Origin: Hemiscyllium ocellatum
Lineage: Eukaryota
Length of the DNA: 64,000 nt
NCBI RefSeq assembly: GCF_020745735.1
Contig: NW_026867443.1
Location: 248,001 to 312,000 of the forward strand
Direction: 5' to 3'
A model generated the notes under the pieces. It saw only the letters and a list, made by a program, of their open reading frames with translations. It had not been told where the DNA came from and made no database searches. Positions 1 through 12,590 of this stretch are shown here, piece after piece. Both the position numbers and the translations under genes were made by a program. Numbering within the stretch: the stretch's first letter is position 1; every line of letters starts with the position of its first letter.

Positions 1-24
1 TAGGAACAGTGATATATTTCCATA

Positions 25-235
25 TCGGAATGCTGAATGGCTTGGAGGTGTTCCTGTGTATCTGCTACCATGTCCTTCTTGATGGAAGTGGTCATGGGTT
101 TGGAAGGTGCTCTCTCAGGATCTTTGCTGAACCTCTGCAATGTATCTTGTAGATAGTGCTCACAGCTGTTACTGAGGGTCAGTGCGGAGGCAATGGATAT
201 ATGTCGATGTGGTGCCAACCAAGCCGGCTGAAATT
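25..235 (-). mobile_element. CR1-like LINE 3' fragment
   Basis: Reverse complement resembles 48260-48400 and 48620-48650. Confidence 0.55.
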
Positions 236-469
236 TGATAAACAAGATTTAAATAAAACAAAATAACATAAAACAGTTTAAAATTAGATAAAATCATCAA
301 AAACTGTGGTGTCTTTTTGATAAAACATCACTGAATCCAAAACATTATTCCCTCCTCTCTCTAAAGCGGCTGCACCTGTTCCCTTTCTCCAGCATCTTGT
401 TTGATTTGAGATTTGCTGTATTTTACTCTTATAACCAATGGAATTAAAACAGATACAAGAGAAGCATTG

Positions 470-690
470 GTCAGCACACTGGGGAGAGTTTCCCTGAGAT
501 GGTCACAAAGCCCTTATATTCACATCGACCTGAGAGGGCAGTGGTTTAACTGATCATCCAGCAGATGGTGTCTTTGCCTTTGCCAGCCTCAGGATAGTGC
601 TCCAGTGTCTGGAGTGGGGCTTGAAACCTGCAGGTTCAGGTGACGGTGTTACCACTGAGGCCGTCTATTCTTTCCTGGGATGTGGGTGTC
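470..690 (-). mobile_element. SacSINE1/Deu-SINE-like fragment
   Basis: Degenerate similarity to the SINE body at 18935-19055, 3335-3580 and 34250-34490. Confidence 0.4.
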
Positions 691-819
691 ACTGACAAGA
701 CCAGCATTTGTTCTCCATCCCTAACTGCCCTGAAACTGAGTGGCTTGCTCGGCCTTTCAAATGGCAGGTAAGGGTCAGCCACATTGCTGGAGTCCTGGCA
801 GAGTCAGACATCAACAACA

Positions 820-1160
820 GGTCTACAAGAACAAGGCCCTTCGGCCCAATGAGCCAAAGCCCCAGTCGAACAAACACCTCACTATTCTAATTCCATGTTC
901 CTGCTCTTGGCCCGTAGCTCTGTATGCCTTGGCATCACAGCTGCACACCGAAATACTTCAATGTTATGGGAGAGCTTCTGCCTCAACTACCCTTACAGAA
1001 AGCAAGTTACAAATTACCACTACCTATTGCACGAAAGTGTGTTTCCTCACATCCCTCTTAATCTTCTGCCATTTCCCTCAAATCTCTGCCCCCAGTCATT
1101 GATCATGAAATAACTCCACATCATCAAGTCACCCTTTATTTACACATCAACCATCCTTGA
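820..1160 (-). mobile_element. HER1/CR1 LINE 3' end
   Basis: ggcccttcggccca tail motif and CR1 C-terminal coding remnant on minus. Confidence 0.6.
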
Positions 1161-1399
1161 CTGTAATGTCCCATATAGAGTTGGCACCAGAGGTGCAGGG
1201 TCCCTAACACCCAACCTGTTTGATGTCAGTAAGTCATCTCCCTGTTATATCGTTTGTAAAGATTTGAGATTTTCTTGTGAAACTCCTTTGGGAGTTTTTA
1301 ATAGCACAGAGCCTTCCACACACTCCCATCTCTCTTGATGCTCACCCTTGTCTAGTTAATTCTTCCCATCTCCTTCTCTTCTTTCAGTTCATTCCATTT

Positions 1400-3060
1400 C
1401 AGTAAAGTCTGTGATATTCCCATGGAGGATGTGTACTTGAAACCGCCAGAGAGAAGCTCCTATGAAGAAGCACTTCAATAGAAGGAAGGCTGATATTTGC
1501 AGGAAGCCTGGACTGTGCCCTTGTAAACCTTTACAAACATTTCCATGTGATCTGTCAGCCTCCTTCAACTCTTCCCATTGCTTCCAAATCCAGTGGGTGG
1601 CCATGGGTCCCAGCTATGTCTGCTTGTAGTCGGCTACATCAAACAACACCTCACCAGTACATGCACAAGCACCGTTCCCCAAATCTTCCACCATTACATC
1701 AGTGATTGCATCAGTGCTGCATCCTGCACCCAGGCTGAACTGGAGCAGTTCATCTACTTTGCTAACAACTTCCAACCTGCCCTTAAACTCATGTAGTCTA
1801 TCTTGGACAAATTCTTCTCCTTTCTTGACCGCCCCATTTCCATCTCCGGTGGCAGTCTCGGAACAGACATTTACTGTTAACCCACAGGCTCACACAACTA
1901 CCTGGTCAACACCTTCTCCCAACCAGTATCCTGCAAGAACACCATCTCGTTTTCCCAATTCTTCCATCTCCGTCACATCTGCTCGAACGAGGAGACGCTC
2001 CCCTCCCGAGTGTCCCAGATGTCCACCTATTTTTAGCAATGTACTTTTCCCACCTCTGCCATCCAGAAAGCTCTTCACCGCACCTCCTCCATTCTCTGTT
2101 CTCCAAATCTAAACACTCCCCTCCAAAATGCAATAAAGACAGGATCACCCTTGTCTTCAACTTACACCCCACCAATCTCCACATCCAACGTATCAGCCTC
2201 AAAGAATTCGGCCAACTCCAGCTAGACCCCACCACCAAGAAGATCTTACCCTCCCCACCCCTCTCTGCCTTCCACAATCCTTGGTTTTCACCACACTTCA
2301 CACCTACCCCTCCTCCCCCAACAAAACCCTGGTACCTTCCCCTGCAAACGTAAAAGATGCAAAACCTGCCGACACACCACCCCTGTCATTCCCATCCAGG
2401 GCCCCAGTCCTTCCAGGTCAGACAGAGGTTCACCTGCCTCTCCTCCAACCTAGTTTATTGTATCCGGTGCACCCGTTGTGGTCTTCTCTGCATCGATGAG
2501 ACCAAACATAAACTAAGGGCATGTTTTGCTGAGCATCTCTGCCATGCTCACAAAGGCTGACCTGGCCTCCCAGTCACTGCCTATTTCAATTCCCCTTCCT
2601 ATTCCCTCTCTGACATGACTATCCTCTGCCTCCTACATTACCATAAGCAATCAGACTGCAAATTGGAGGAACAAATAATTATCTTTTGCTTGGGAAGCTT
2701 ACAATCCAGAGGAATCAACATTGAATTCTCCAGTTTCAAAAAGCCTCCCTTTCCCAACTTTCGACTCCCTTTCCAGTCCCCCTCCTCCATTCTATTCCAT
2801 TTACGGACCTTCCCTTTCAGCCACCAAATGGATTCATTCCTCCCATCAACCAACCACTTCAAACCCTCTACTTGTGTTCATCCATCAATACCTACCACTC
2901 CACCATTCCCCCCACCTGCCCAAACAACGGATCCCACCTTGATTTGCAGCTCCCCCTACCCCCACCTGCAGTTCTGAAGAAGGGTTATACCCGAAATGTT
3001 GACTTCTCCACCTCCAGATTCTGCCTGACTTGCTGTGTTCTTCCAGCCTCCTGCAAGCCT
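1400..3060 (+). mobile_element. Penelope-like element remnant (RT C-terminus, GIY-YIG, pLTR)
   Basis: RT remnants (GGHGSQLC/MGPSY-type, YISDCI) and GIY-YIG remnant QRFTCLSSNLVYCIRCTRCGLLCIDETKHKLRACFAEHL; terminal repeat with hammerhead core at 2974-3000. Confidence 0.85.
2974..3000 (+). ncRNA. Minimal type-I hammerhead motif (degenerate stem III)
   Basis: CTGAAGA-A-GGGT tat ACCC-GAAA-TGTT. Confidence 0.45.
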
Positions 3061-5226
3061 CCATCCCAGCCTGATAAGCATCTCGGACACTGGAAGGAAA
3101 TGCACAGGGCGCAGGTTAACGATGTGCAAAAAGCCTTTCAGCTGAAGCTTCAGTGTTTGCCTTCAGTGTGGATTTTCAGTTACTGATTTACTCCCCTGTT
3201 ATGTGACAGGAAGAAAGAACACTTGTTGGTGCAGTGTTTATTTTTAATCATCCCAGGATATTTAAAGCTGCCTGCACAGTGCAATCACCTTCAAAAGACA
3301 AAATGCTGAGATCCCAAAATCAGCAAACGAATGATGAGACAAATCTTTTTGGTGGCATTAGTTGAATATTGAGCAGGATACCTGAGGGAATCTCTTCAGA
3401 ATGGGACTTGTCGAGCCCCCTGAGGTGGAGGGATTGGGGTCTGGGTGGTGCTGGTGGGGCTTCAAATGAGCATCCCATACATAACATTGTGTCAGAGTTC
3501 AATGCAGTCTCAACCTGGATTGTGTGTTCTCATTTCTGAGGTGACCATTTGACTCTGAAGCTGGAGCATTGCCCATGGAGTCACTGTCAGTAACAATGTA
3601 AGCTGTGTAGCTCTGAAAGCCTAAGTCTGTATTTCAGCTTAGAATGATATCACCTCATTCATCAAATCTGTTTCTGTCCCTCTGCAGGCTGACCAGGCTG
3701 CCGGTGCCTTTCCAGTACTCCCAGGTTTTCCTATGTGCCACAGCTCATTCTCCTGAGGGATAGTTTACTCGGAGTCAAAAAGTGTGGCGCTGGAAAAGCA
3801 CAGCAGGTCAGGCAGTTGTGCTCAGGCCGAGGACATGACCTTGTCCCTCTGTCAGATCCTCTTCGAGAAACCCATGGCTCACCACCGCCCTCTCCAGGAC
3901 AGTTAGGGAAGGGCAACAGAGATAGAGATGGGGACGCACAGATGCAAGTGCTGTACTCTGCAGTTTGGGGGCACATTTTGATAGCTGTTTGTTCGATCTT
4001 TGAGAGAAATTCATTTTTTGCTGATCCCAGCGTCAATCCAAAGGACACTTCACCTTTCAGTCTGACAAACCAGGGTCACCCATGTCATGGCTCTGTTTCT
4101 GGCCGAGAGTCGAGTCTTTCAAAGAGATGAATTCAAGCCTCACCAGTTTGAACATTTTAATTTTACATCATTTCTCTTGATTTCTCCCGGGATGGGGCGG
4201 GCGTTGACGTGTTGGTTATTGGTTGCCTTCCCCCAATTGTCCTGGAGAGGGCGGTGGTGAGCCATGTAATATCTGGAAAGGAAGGCGCTGGAATCTGTGC
4301 AAAATAGACATGAAATTCAATGTGAGGTTCGCAAATGTTCTTTCGGTGAGGGAGCCTGGTCTGTGACTCCTGCCCCACTGTGACATGATCCATTTTTAAT
4401 GACCCCATGATCTGGCTCAGCAAAGAACTTCGTCCAAGCAACTGGGGGGGGGGCAATATTTATGAAGCTCGCCAATGATGAAGCAGAAATAATAATGAGA
4501 AGGAATAATGCAGCTCCTTGCTGTCTGCCTTTTAGCCTCTGAGCCAGCACACTCTCACCGTTCTGGGTTTCTAATCCTCTAACATTAATTCATTAAAGTG
4601 TGGGAATATATGAAGAGCGTTTATTTTGAACTATAAGGTCTCTTTTCTCCGTGACTCTCTCCTTTTCAACCCCCTACAATCCTGTCACCAGATGCTTGTG
4701 CTGACAGCCTTGTTGTGCAGAGTGAAAGCTCTGGGTGTTCTCTGAGGCCTCACTGCCTTGTGTCTGTCTCCACTGCAACATAAGGCAAATGACGTGTTTC
4801 TAAAACCCTGTTGAACTTAAAAGCCAGCAAAGAAAATGACTGCAACAAGAGTTGAGTTGGTCTTGTTCAAGAAAATAATTTTCATTTTAAAATTACATTT
4901 CTGTCAGTGAGTGACAAAGGAAAGATGGGGGTCCAGGATTGCTGCAGCCTCTGTCAGAACATAGGGCCCAGGAGCAGGAGCAGGCCTTTTGGGAGCTGCT
5001 GTGCCAATGAAGAAGATCACTGCTCATCTGGTTATGGTCTCACCTGTACTTTCTGCTTCCCCACCCCCTCCCATTATCCTTAATTGCCTTGTTCATCAAA
5101 AAATCTGTCAACTGCAGCCTTGTGCCAACTCCATGAGTGAACCTCCATTCCCATGTAGAGAAGAAAATTCCACAGACTATCAACCCTCAGCAAGAAAACC
5201 CCTCCTTCCTTTTCATGGGAGCCTAC

Positions 5227-5498
5227 TTTGTGTTAAACCTGCCCTCCAGTCCTCAGCTGCCCGATAACAGGATCCACCCTCTCAGTATCCAGCCTCTGAT
5301 GTCACCTTCAGATCAGAAACTGTTAATGAGAGAGAACAGGTTACATCAGTGAGACTTTTCCCCAGAGATGATGAACAATGTTGATTTAAATTGCTTTCTC
5401 CAGTCCCAGAGTCCAGAACAAGAGGGTTGTTAAAATTGTAATTCAGACAATTTCAGGAAAAATTCCTTCCGACAGAGTGATGGAAATCTGGAACTCTC
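5227..5498 (+). repeat. ~270-bp repeat with an inverted copy at 10327-10601; 3' part CR1-like
   Basis: Includes a ~68-bp near-identical core (ccaccctctcagtatccagcc...atgagagagaacaggtt). Confidence 0.8.
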
Positions 5499-5959
5499 AA
5501 TCCAAAATAAAAAGCTGTTGAGGTTGGGTTTCAATATCCATTTACTCAGGGCAGTACGGTTTACAGGACAAAGGGAGAATGTATTCCAGGTCAGCCATGG
5601 CCTGATTAACAGGGGAACTAGGTCAAAGCAACTGATTGGTCATTCCGACTGGAAACCACTGGAATGACCACTGGTGTGTTTGCGGCTAATGGAAGGAGTC
5701 ATTACTCATAGTCTCCAGCAGCTGTGCAAGTCCTCCATAGTAACTAGAAAGCAGCTGTTTCACTGTGCCTGAACAATACAAAGTCAGAGGACACACTACA
5801 CCAGGTTCTAGCCCAACTGATTCATTTGAAATCACAACCTTCTGAAGCTATGCTCCTTTATCAGGTGTACCCCAGTTCAGCATCGGCATTTCCACATTAC
5901 TGAACAGTCTCAATAAACTGGGGCTGTGTGAGGATCTAACCGGCTCAATCTGTACAAAT

Positions 5960-6016
5960 GAGGAGAGAGAGACAGAGAGAGAGACAGAGAGAGAGACAGA
6001 GAGAGAGAGAGAGAGG
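5960..6016. repeat. (GA)n/(GAGACA) microsatellite
   Basis: Direct inspection. Confidence 0.9.
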
Positions 6017-6169
6017 GTACATCTTTTGAACCAGGATACCTAATTGCACCACAATGAAAATGGTCTGCGTGCTATGATATATCAAAAAGACGAACTTTGG
6101 TGTAACTTTTGATTGTCCTCACAGTGTGCTGTTTTATTCATGATGTGATACACGGAGAGTATGTCAGCG

Positions 6170-6497
6170 TTGGGTGGCAAAAAGTATATTTTCTCCACTA
6201 AAACCTTTTCAAAACTCTCCTTCAATGTTGCTTTAATCCTTATTGACTCTTCTACAATTGCCTCTATTTCCTCACTCCTTTCCGGTCCCAAAGGAACATA
6301 TGGACAGACTTCATGACCCCACTCTCTTAAGTTCCATGTGTAGTGTGTTGGAGCTTGGGCCCCTCCCTCAGGCCCAGGTGTAGGGGCCTGTTCAACAATC
6401 TGCACGTTGTCCTTTGTCTCTTTCTGACTGAACTGGATCAAGTTGCAGTAACGATCTGGCAACAAGGTGTCTTGTCTAAAATGTTCCCAGCACTGGG
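6170..6497. repeat. Unassigned ~330-bp repeat with a direct copy at 25345-25704
   Basis: Shared ttgactcttctacaattg...ctcaggcccaggtgtaggg...aacaatctgcac...aaaatgttcccagcact. Confidence 0.8.
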
Positions 6498-7573
6498 TCC
6501 GGAACTGGCTGTGTCAGAGGAGACAGAGGGCAATGATGGAAGGATGGATTTCAGAATGGAGGACTGTGTCTTGTGGGGTTTCACAGGGATCAATGATGGG
6601 ACCTTTGCTGTTCATGGTCTCCATTAGTGATTTGGATGAAAACATGGCTAGTCTAATTGATGAGTTTGTGGATGCCACAAAGATTGCTGGAATCGCAGTT
6701 AATGATCAGATTATTAGAGGATACAGCAAGACATAGATCAATTGGATGCATGGATAGAAAATGGCAGATGAAGTTTAATCCGGATAAATGTGAAATTATG
6801 CATTTTGAAAGATGAAACACGTGGCAGAATACCTGCACAGTGAATGGCAGAATCCATTGGAGTATTGAAATGCAGAGGGATCTGGATGTACATGTTCACA
6901 GATCACTGATGGTGGCAGCACCTAAGGTAGTAAAAAAGGCCAATGGCACACTTGGCTACATTGGGAGGAGCACTGAGAATTAGGATAGACAAGTTATACT
7001 GCAGCTTTACTGAACTTTAGTTTGGCCACACTTGGAATATTTGCGTAGAGTTCTGGTCACCACATGACGAGAAGGATGTGGATGTTTTGGAGAGGGTACA
7101 GAACATATTTACCAAGAATGCTGTCTGATATGGAGGGTTTTAGTGATGAAGGAAGGTTGGATAGACTGGATTTGTTTTCATTGGAATCAGGGGGTTGAAG
7201 GGCAACCTAATAAAAATTGATGAAGTTGTGAATAGCATGGAGAGAGTGGGAAATATGAGGGTTTTTCCCAGGGCAGAGGGGTCAGTTACTAGGGGACCCA
7301 AGTTCAAGGTGGGGGGGGGATTTAAAACAGATGTGTGGGCTAAATAGTTCACACAAACGGTGGCGAGGGACTGGAACACACAGCCAATGGAGGTGGTGGA
7401 AGCAGACACAATAGCAGCTTTCAAGAAATACCTGGATGAATACATGGATAGGAAGGGAATAGAGGGATATGAATCCTGTAGGTGAATACAGTTTCAGTGA
7501 GGAAGGGCAAAATGTGTCAGCACAGGCTGGGCAGGCCGAAGGGCCTGGTCCTGTGCTGTAATGTTCCTTGTTC
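6498..7573 (+). mobile_element. CR1/HER1 LINE 3' fragment
   Basis: RT C-terminal remnants (VRNWL..RRQRAM, VSQGSMMGPLLF, FVDATK) through the ggccgaagggcctg tail. Confidence 0.85.
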
Positions 7574-7949
7574 TTTGGTCCCTGCTGTTGAATTGGATTC
7601 TCGGGAGCCAGCTCCGTATGAAGAGCCTGTTCTCATTCTTTTGTTGGAGTTCATGGGGCAGCTGCTGCTTCCTTGCTACGTCACTGATCAAACCAACAAT
7701 GAGGGAAGACTCATGATGGAGTGGGTGGTTGTTTGAATTCTCACTTGTAATAATACAGTTTTAAATGTGTCAGTGTACTTTCCCCTCTCACTGTGGAGGG
7801 GGTCACTGCCAGTGTCCCCACCCCACCTTTTCACTCTTATAGTGATAGCATTTTTAGCATTCCTTCTGTCGGAAAATGCTGTCATTCACACATCCCCCGC
7901 CCCAACCCACACCCCCAACCCCTCAACCTCTCGGGCACTGGGTGGGGGT

Positions 7950-10290
7950 GAATGGAATTTTAACCTTTATTGCTGCGGGTTGGAATTTAAAAATAGAGAA
8001 ACCTTGTACCAATTCTAATGGGTGTGAATGAGTCTGCACGTGCAGTGCTGTGTGCAGTTTTGGTCCCTGTATTTAAGAAAGGATGGACTGACATTGGAAA
8101 CATCCTCCTGCTCCAGTTTCTCACAGCCGAACTGGTTTGGAGCCTGCTTGCAGTAGCAGCCTCCAGCCTCTGGGTGGTGCCTTGCCCAGCCTCCCAATTC
8201 CTCTCCACAGTCTCCTGCTGCAGCAGGTGGGGGAGTCGATATAATGGACCACTCGGTTATCCTCAATCCCTCCCCCATCTCCCAAACTCTCCAACCGAGC
8301 CTTCCCCCTCATGACTGGCAGCTGTGCCTTCAGTCTCCCAGGCCCTCAGCATGGGGATTTCCTCCACAAATCCCTCTCTCTTCTTAGAATGAGCTTTTTG
8401 TCTCCTTTTGGTCACCATCACAAACACCGTATGTCCCCACCTTTTGAATGGTTACTATATTAAAGATGCTATACAAATACAAGTTGTTGTTGTTGATATT
8501 ACTGACCAGGAGTTATTTATTGACAGGTTTCACCGATATAAGAGGAAAGGGAATGACCATGGTTGGAGAGAGGTAATCATTTTCAGCCAACTGTACCACT
8601 AACACCAGCTCATCAAACGTCCTTAAAATAGTTCTTTCCAAACCCATGACTGCTTCAGTCTGGAACGACAAGGGCAGCAGATATATGGGAACACCAAATC
8701 CCTGGAAGTTCCATACAAGCCACTCACCGTCCTGACTTTGAACTGTTCCTTCACTGCCACTGGGTCAAAATCCTGGAATTTTCTCTCTCAGGGCTTTATG
8801 AGTCTATCTACAGCACATGGATGCAACAGTTCAAGAAAGCAACTCAGCACCAACTTCACCAGGGCAACTAGGTATAGGTAATAAATGCTGGCCCATTCAG
8901 TGAACCCCACATCCCATGAAGGAATTTTAAGAAGCCCACTTCCTTTGACATTTCCCTTCCACCCAGCCTAATACTCAGGCCTCATTGGCTGCTTGGGTTT
9001 TATTTGCCATTCCATCCTATTCTCCACTCTGTATCCTATCCCTGAGATCCTTGTCAATATTTCGCTGTTATTGTGGGAGCCTGCTGAGAGGAAATGGGCT
9101 GTCACAGTTCCCACATTACAACAATGACTAGACTTTGGAAGTATTCCATTAGCTGTAAAACATCTTTGAACATCCTGAGCTCATGAACGGTGTAACAGAA
9201 ATGCAATTCTCTCTCCTTTTTGTTTCCTCTCCATGCCTTCCCATCTGTCTCCACACAACATCCCTTCCTTGTTTAAAATCTGGAATGAATTATGAATCTC
9301 TGAGAGAATTAATCTGCGGCAACATTGAGACTAACAACAACCACCTCCTTGGTGGGCTTTGAGTGTGAAGGTCAATAACACTCTCAGTGGGACTTGATCT
9401 GGGTTGTCTCCAGTCAGTCAGTGTTATTGTTCTGGGGCCAGACAGTACTGACCAACCTTAGACCCTGTGATTTGATTGAGATGAATGATAGCCTGTGCTG
9501 AGCTTTAACACTCGGGTCAATGTAGTGGAGCAGGGATTGCCCATTTCCCAAGAGAGTAAAACGAATTAACAAACCAGTGTCCCTCCCTGACGCTGGACAG
9601 TTGGGAGACAGGGACAGTAGCATCCTCAGACAGAAAGGATGGCAGAAACAGTATGGCCCCAAAGAGGGAGGGGACAGGAACAACTGCACTACCCTGAGAG
9701 AAAGGGGACAGTTACAGTGACACTCCCCAGAGACAGTAACTGCCTGTTAACTATTTTCTTGTTGTGTTCTGATGAATGTCCTTGGGAAATTGGTTTGGTT
9801 TATATTTTCTCAGTTGTATTTGGGTTTGATGAGGTGATTCGGGAACAAGGATTCCAATTCTATATTTCCTGTAGCAGCAGATCCACTGAAGGTCATCCTT
9901 TCATTTGGAGTTTGCCCCAGGTTTCTGTCCAGGCTGATACAACATGATCTACCAGTGCTGCTCCTATTGGGCGAAATCATCACACACCAGGGAATCTGAC
10001 GCCACTTTCTCTTTGTGCGGGTAAAGGGAGAGATTTGCGTTTCCTGCAATGGCGGACAAAGAAATGGGACAGGAGAAAATGGGTTGTTTTCCTTGAAAGC
10101 TGGACGTAGGGGGATGAGAATTCAAACACCCACCCACTCCGTTACATGGTGTCAAAGACACACTGTCCTTATCAAAACATGTTTGCAAAGCTCTTCGTAA
10201 CACGTAAGGGGAGAGAAGCATTGAAAACTGTGTTATCATGAATGAGGGTCCATTACAAACTAGGACCATGACGTTAAATGATCCTTGAAA
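7950..10290 (+). repeat. Inverted segmental paralog of the kappa-cluster 3' flank (partner 25890-28010)
   Basis: Collinear blocks: 7950-8210 vs 28010-27680, 9280-9490 vs 27520-27310, 9493-10040 vs 26984-26460, 10085-10290 vs 26100-25890. Includes non-TE sequence and a shared CR1 truncation junction. Confidence 0.88.
8650..8935 (+). mobile_element. CR1-like LINE 3' end
   Basis: Same family as 25000-25260 and 48610-48895 (gggcaactagg...aataaatgctggcc...ccacatcccatgaa). Confidence 0.7.
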
Positions 10291-10805
10291 TGATATATTT
10301 CCATCATTAGTTTAGTTTGTCAGACTGAGGGTTCTAGATTTCCACCACTCTTTGTCAGGAAGAGTTCCTCCTGAAATCTTTCCCAATTCTAATTTTATCC
10401 ATCCTCTTGTTCTGGATTCGGACATTGGAGAAAACAGCTGACATCAACACCATTCTTCATTTCCAGGGAAAAGCCTCGCTTTTCCAACCTGTTCTCTCTC
10501 ATGAACAGTTTCTGATCTGAAGGTGACATCACAGGCTGGATACTGAGAGGGTGGATCTTGTTATAGGGCAGACGAGAACTGGGCGGCTGGTTTAACACAA
10601 ACCAGTGTTTAACACAAATTTTGAGTGGGAGCAGCGGCTGAGTAAAAGCAAACCTGGAAGACTACAGCTAAGGTAAGGCAGTTTGTTTTAAAATTACTGA
10701 CCTGTAGCGGGCAGCGGTGTTTTTTTTCTCTCTCTTCACAGAAAGAGGGAGTGCAGCAGGGGAAGTGACGGCTACCGGAGGGGCAGCCGGGAAGGAAAGC
10801 AGTGA

Positions 10806-11105
10806 GTTCTCCCTGTTCCCTGGGACACACACCGAGACAAACATCAACTGTGCCTGGAGGAACAACAACTCGGTGAAGGACCTGTGGATCTTCCAGCTGA
10901 AGGAGTTGACCCCAACTGAGTGCTGTAGACTGGCACATTCCAAGGTCCAGCACTACGTGAAGAGGAACGGGCTGAAGCTTGGGGTATCTGCTGCCAAGGT
11001 GCGGTGGGGAAAGGCTACCGTGTAATGTCTGCCTGCCTAAGAATAGGGGGCCCATGCAGTCATTTGGGCTCTGCTTATCCCCCCAGCTAAATATGTGGAT
11101 AGTAA
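10806..11105 (+). mobile_element. Tx1-clade non-LTR retrotransposon ORF2 C-terminus and 3' UTR
   Basis: LFPGTHTETNINCAWR...ELTPTECCRLAHSKVQHYV...KVRWGKATV*, recognised as a Tx1-type ORF2 end. Confidence 0.7.
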
Positions 11106-11127
11106 TTGTACAGACCTGTATATAGCT

Positions 11128-12387
11128 GAAAATGTGTTGCTGGAAAAGCGCAGCAGGTCAGGCAGCATCCAAGGAGCAGGAGAATCGACGTTTCGGGCAT
11201 GAGTCCTTCTTCAGGAATGAGGAAAGTGTGTCCAGCAGGCTAAGATAAAAGGTAGAGAGGAGGGACTTGGGGGAGGGGCATTGGAAATGCGATAGGTGGA
11301 AGGAGGTCAAGGTGAGGGTGATAGGCTGGAGTGGGGGTGGGGGCGGAGAGTCAGGAAGAAGATTGCAGGTTAGGAAGGCAGTGCTGAGTTCGAGGGATTT
11401 GACCGAGACAAGGTGAGGGGAGGGGAAATGAGGAAACTGGAGAAATCTGAGTTCATCCCTTGTGGTTGGAGGGTTCCTAGGCTGAAGATGAGGCGCTCTT
11501 CCTCCAACCGTCATGTTGCTATGGTCTGGCGATGGAGGAGTCCAAGGACCTGCATGTCTTTGGTGGAGTGGGAGGGGGAGTTGAAATGTTGAGCCACGGG
11601 GTGGTTAGGTTGGTTGATCCGGGTGTCCCAGAGGTGTTCTCTGAAACATTCTGCAAATAGGTGGCCTTTCTCCCCAATATAGAGGAGGCCACATTGGGTG
11701 CAGTAGATGCAATAAATGATGTGTGTGGAGGTGCAGGTGAATTTCTGGCAGATATAGAAGGATCCCTTGGGGCCTTGGAGGCAAGTAAGGGGGGAGGTGT
11801 GGGCACAAGTTTTGCATTTCTTGCGGTTGCAGGGGAAGGTGCCGGGAGTGGAGGTTGGGTTGGTGAGGGGTGTGGGCCTGATGAAGGAGTCACAGAGGGA
11901 GTATTCTTTTTGGAATGCTGATAGGGGAGGGGAGGGAAATATATCCCTAGTGGTGGGGTCCATTTGGAGGTGGTGGAAATGACGGCGGATGATACGCTGT
12001 CTATGGAGGTTGGTGAGGTGGTAGGTGAGGAACAGTGGGGTTCTGCCCTGGTGGTGTTTGGAGGGGCGGGGCTCAAGGGCGGAGGAGCAGGAAGTGGAGG
12101 GCATCGTCGATCACTTCTGGGGGGAAATTGCGGTCTTTGAAGAAGGAGGCCATCTGGGTTGTACGGTATTGGAACTGGTCCTCCTGGGAGCAGATGCAGC
12201 GGAGACGAAGGAATTCGGAATATGGGATGGCGTTTTTACAGGGGGAAGGGCTGAAAATGTGTTGCTGGAAAAGCGCAGCAGGTCAGGCAGCATCCAAGGA
12301 GCAGGGGAATCGACGTTTTGGGCATGAGCACTTCTTCAGGAATGAGGAAAGTGTGTCCAGCAGGCCAAGACTGAAAACGTGTTGCTA
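11128..12387 (-). mobile_element. Penelope-like fragment with tandem pseudo-LTRs
   Basis: ORF 11511-12104 has RT-thumb/GIY-YIG (TYHLTNLHRQRII...CIYCTQCGLLYIGE...FREHL). Direct repeats of ~110 bp at 11128-11240 and 12251-12363. Confidence 0.88.
11187..11214 (-). ncRNA. Minimal type-I hammerhead motif
   Basis: CTGAAGA-A-GGAC tcat GCCC-GAAA-CGTC: core intact, one stem II mismatch. Confidence 0.55.
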
Positions 12388-12590
12388 TATATGAATGATT
12401 ATTCTGTCCCTGTATGCAAAGAAATGGAACGTTTACGGATGTATGGCATGAACCAATTTGACAGATCATCAAAATACTTTATGAATAAAGTATATTTTTG
12501 GAATTTAAAAAGTGCCTTATTCACTATCTTTTCAACCTGTGATTCTAATTTCAAGGACCTATGAACCTGCATTTCAAGGTCTTTTTTTTT

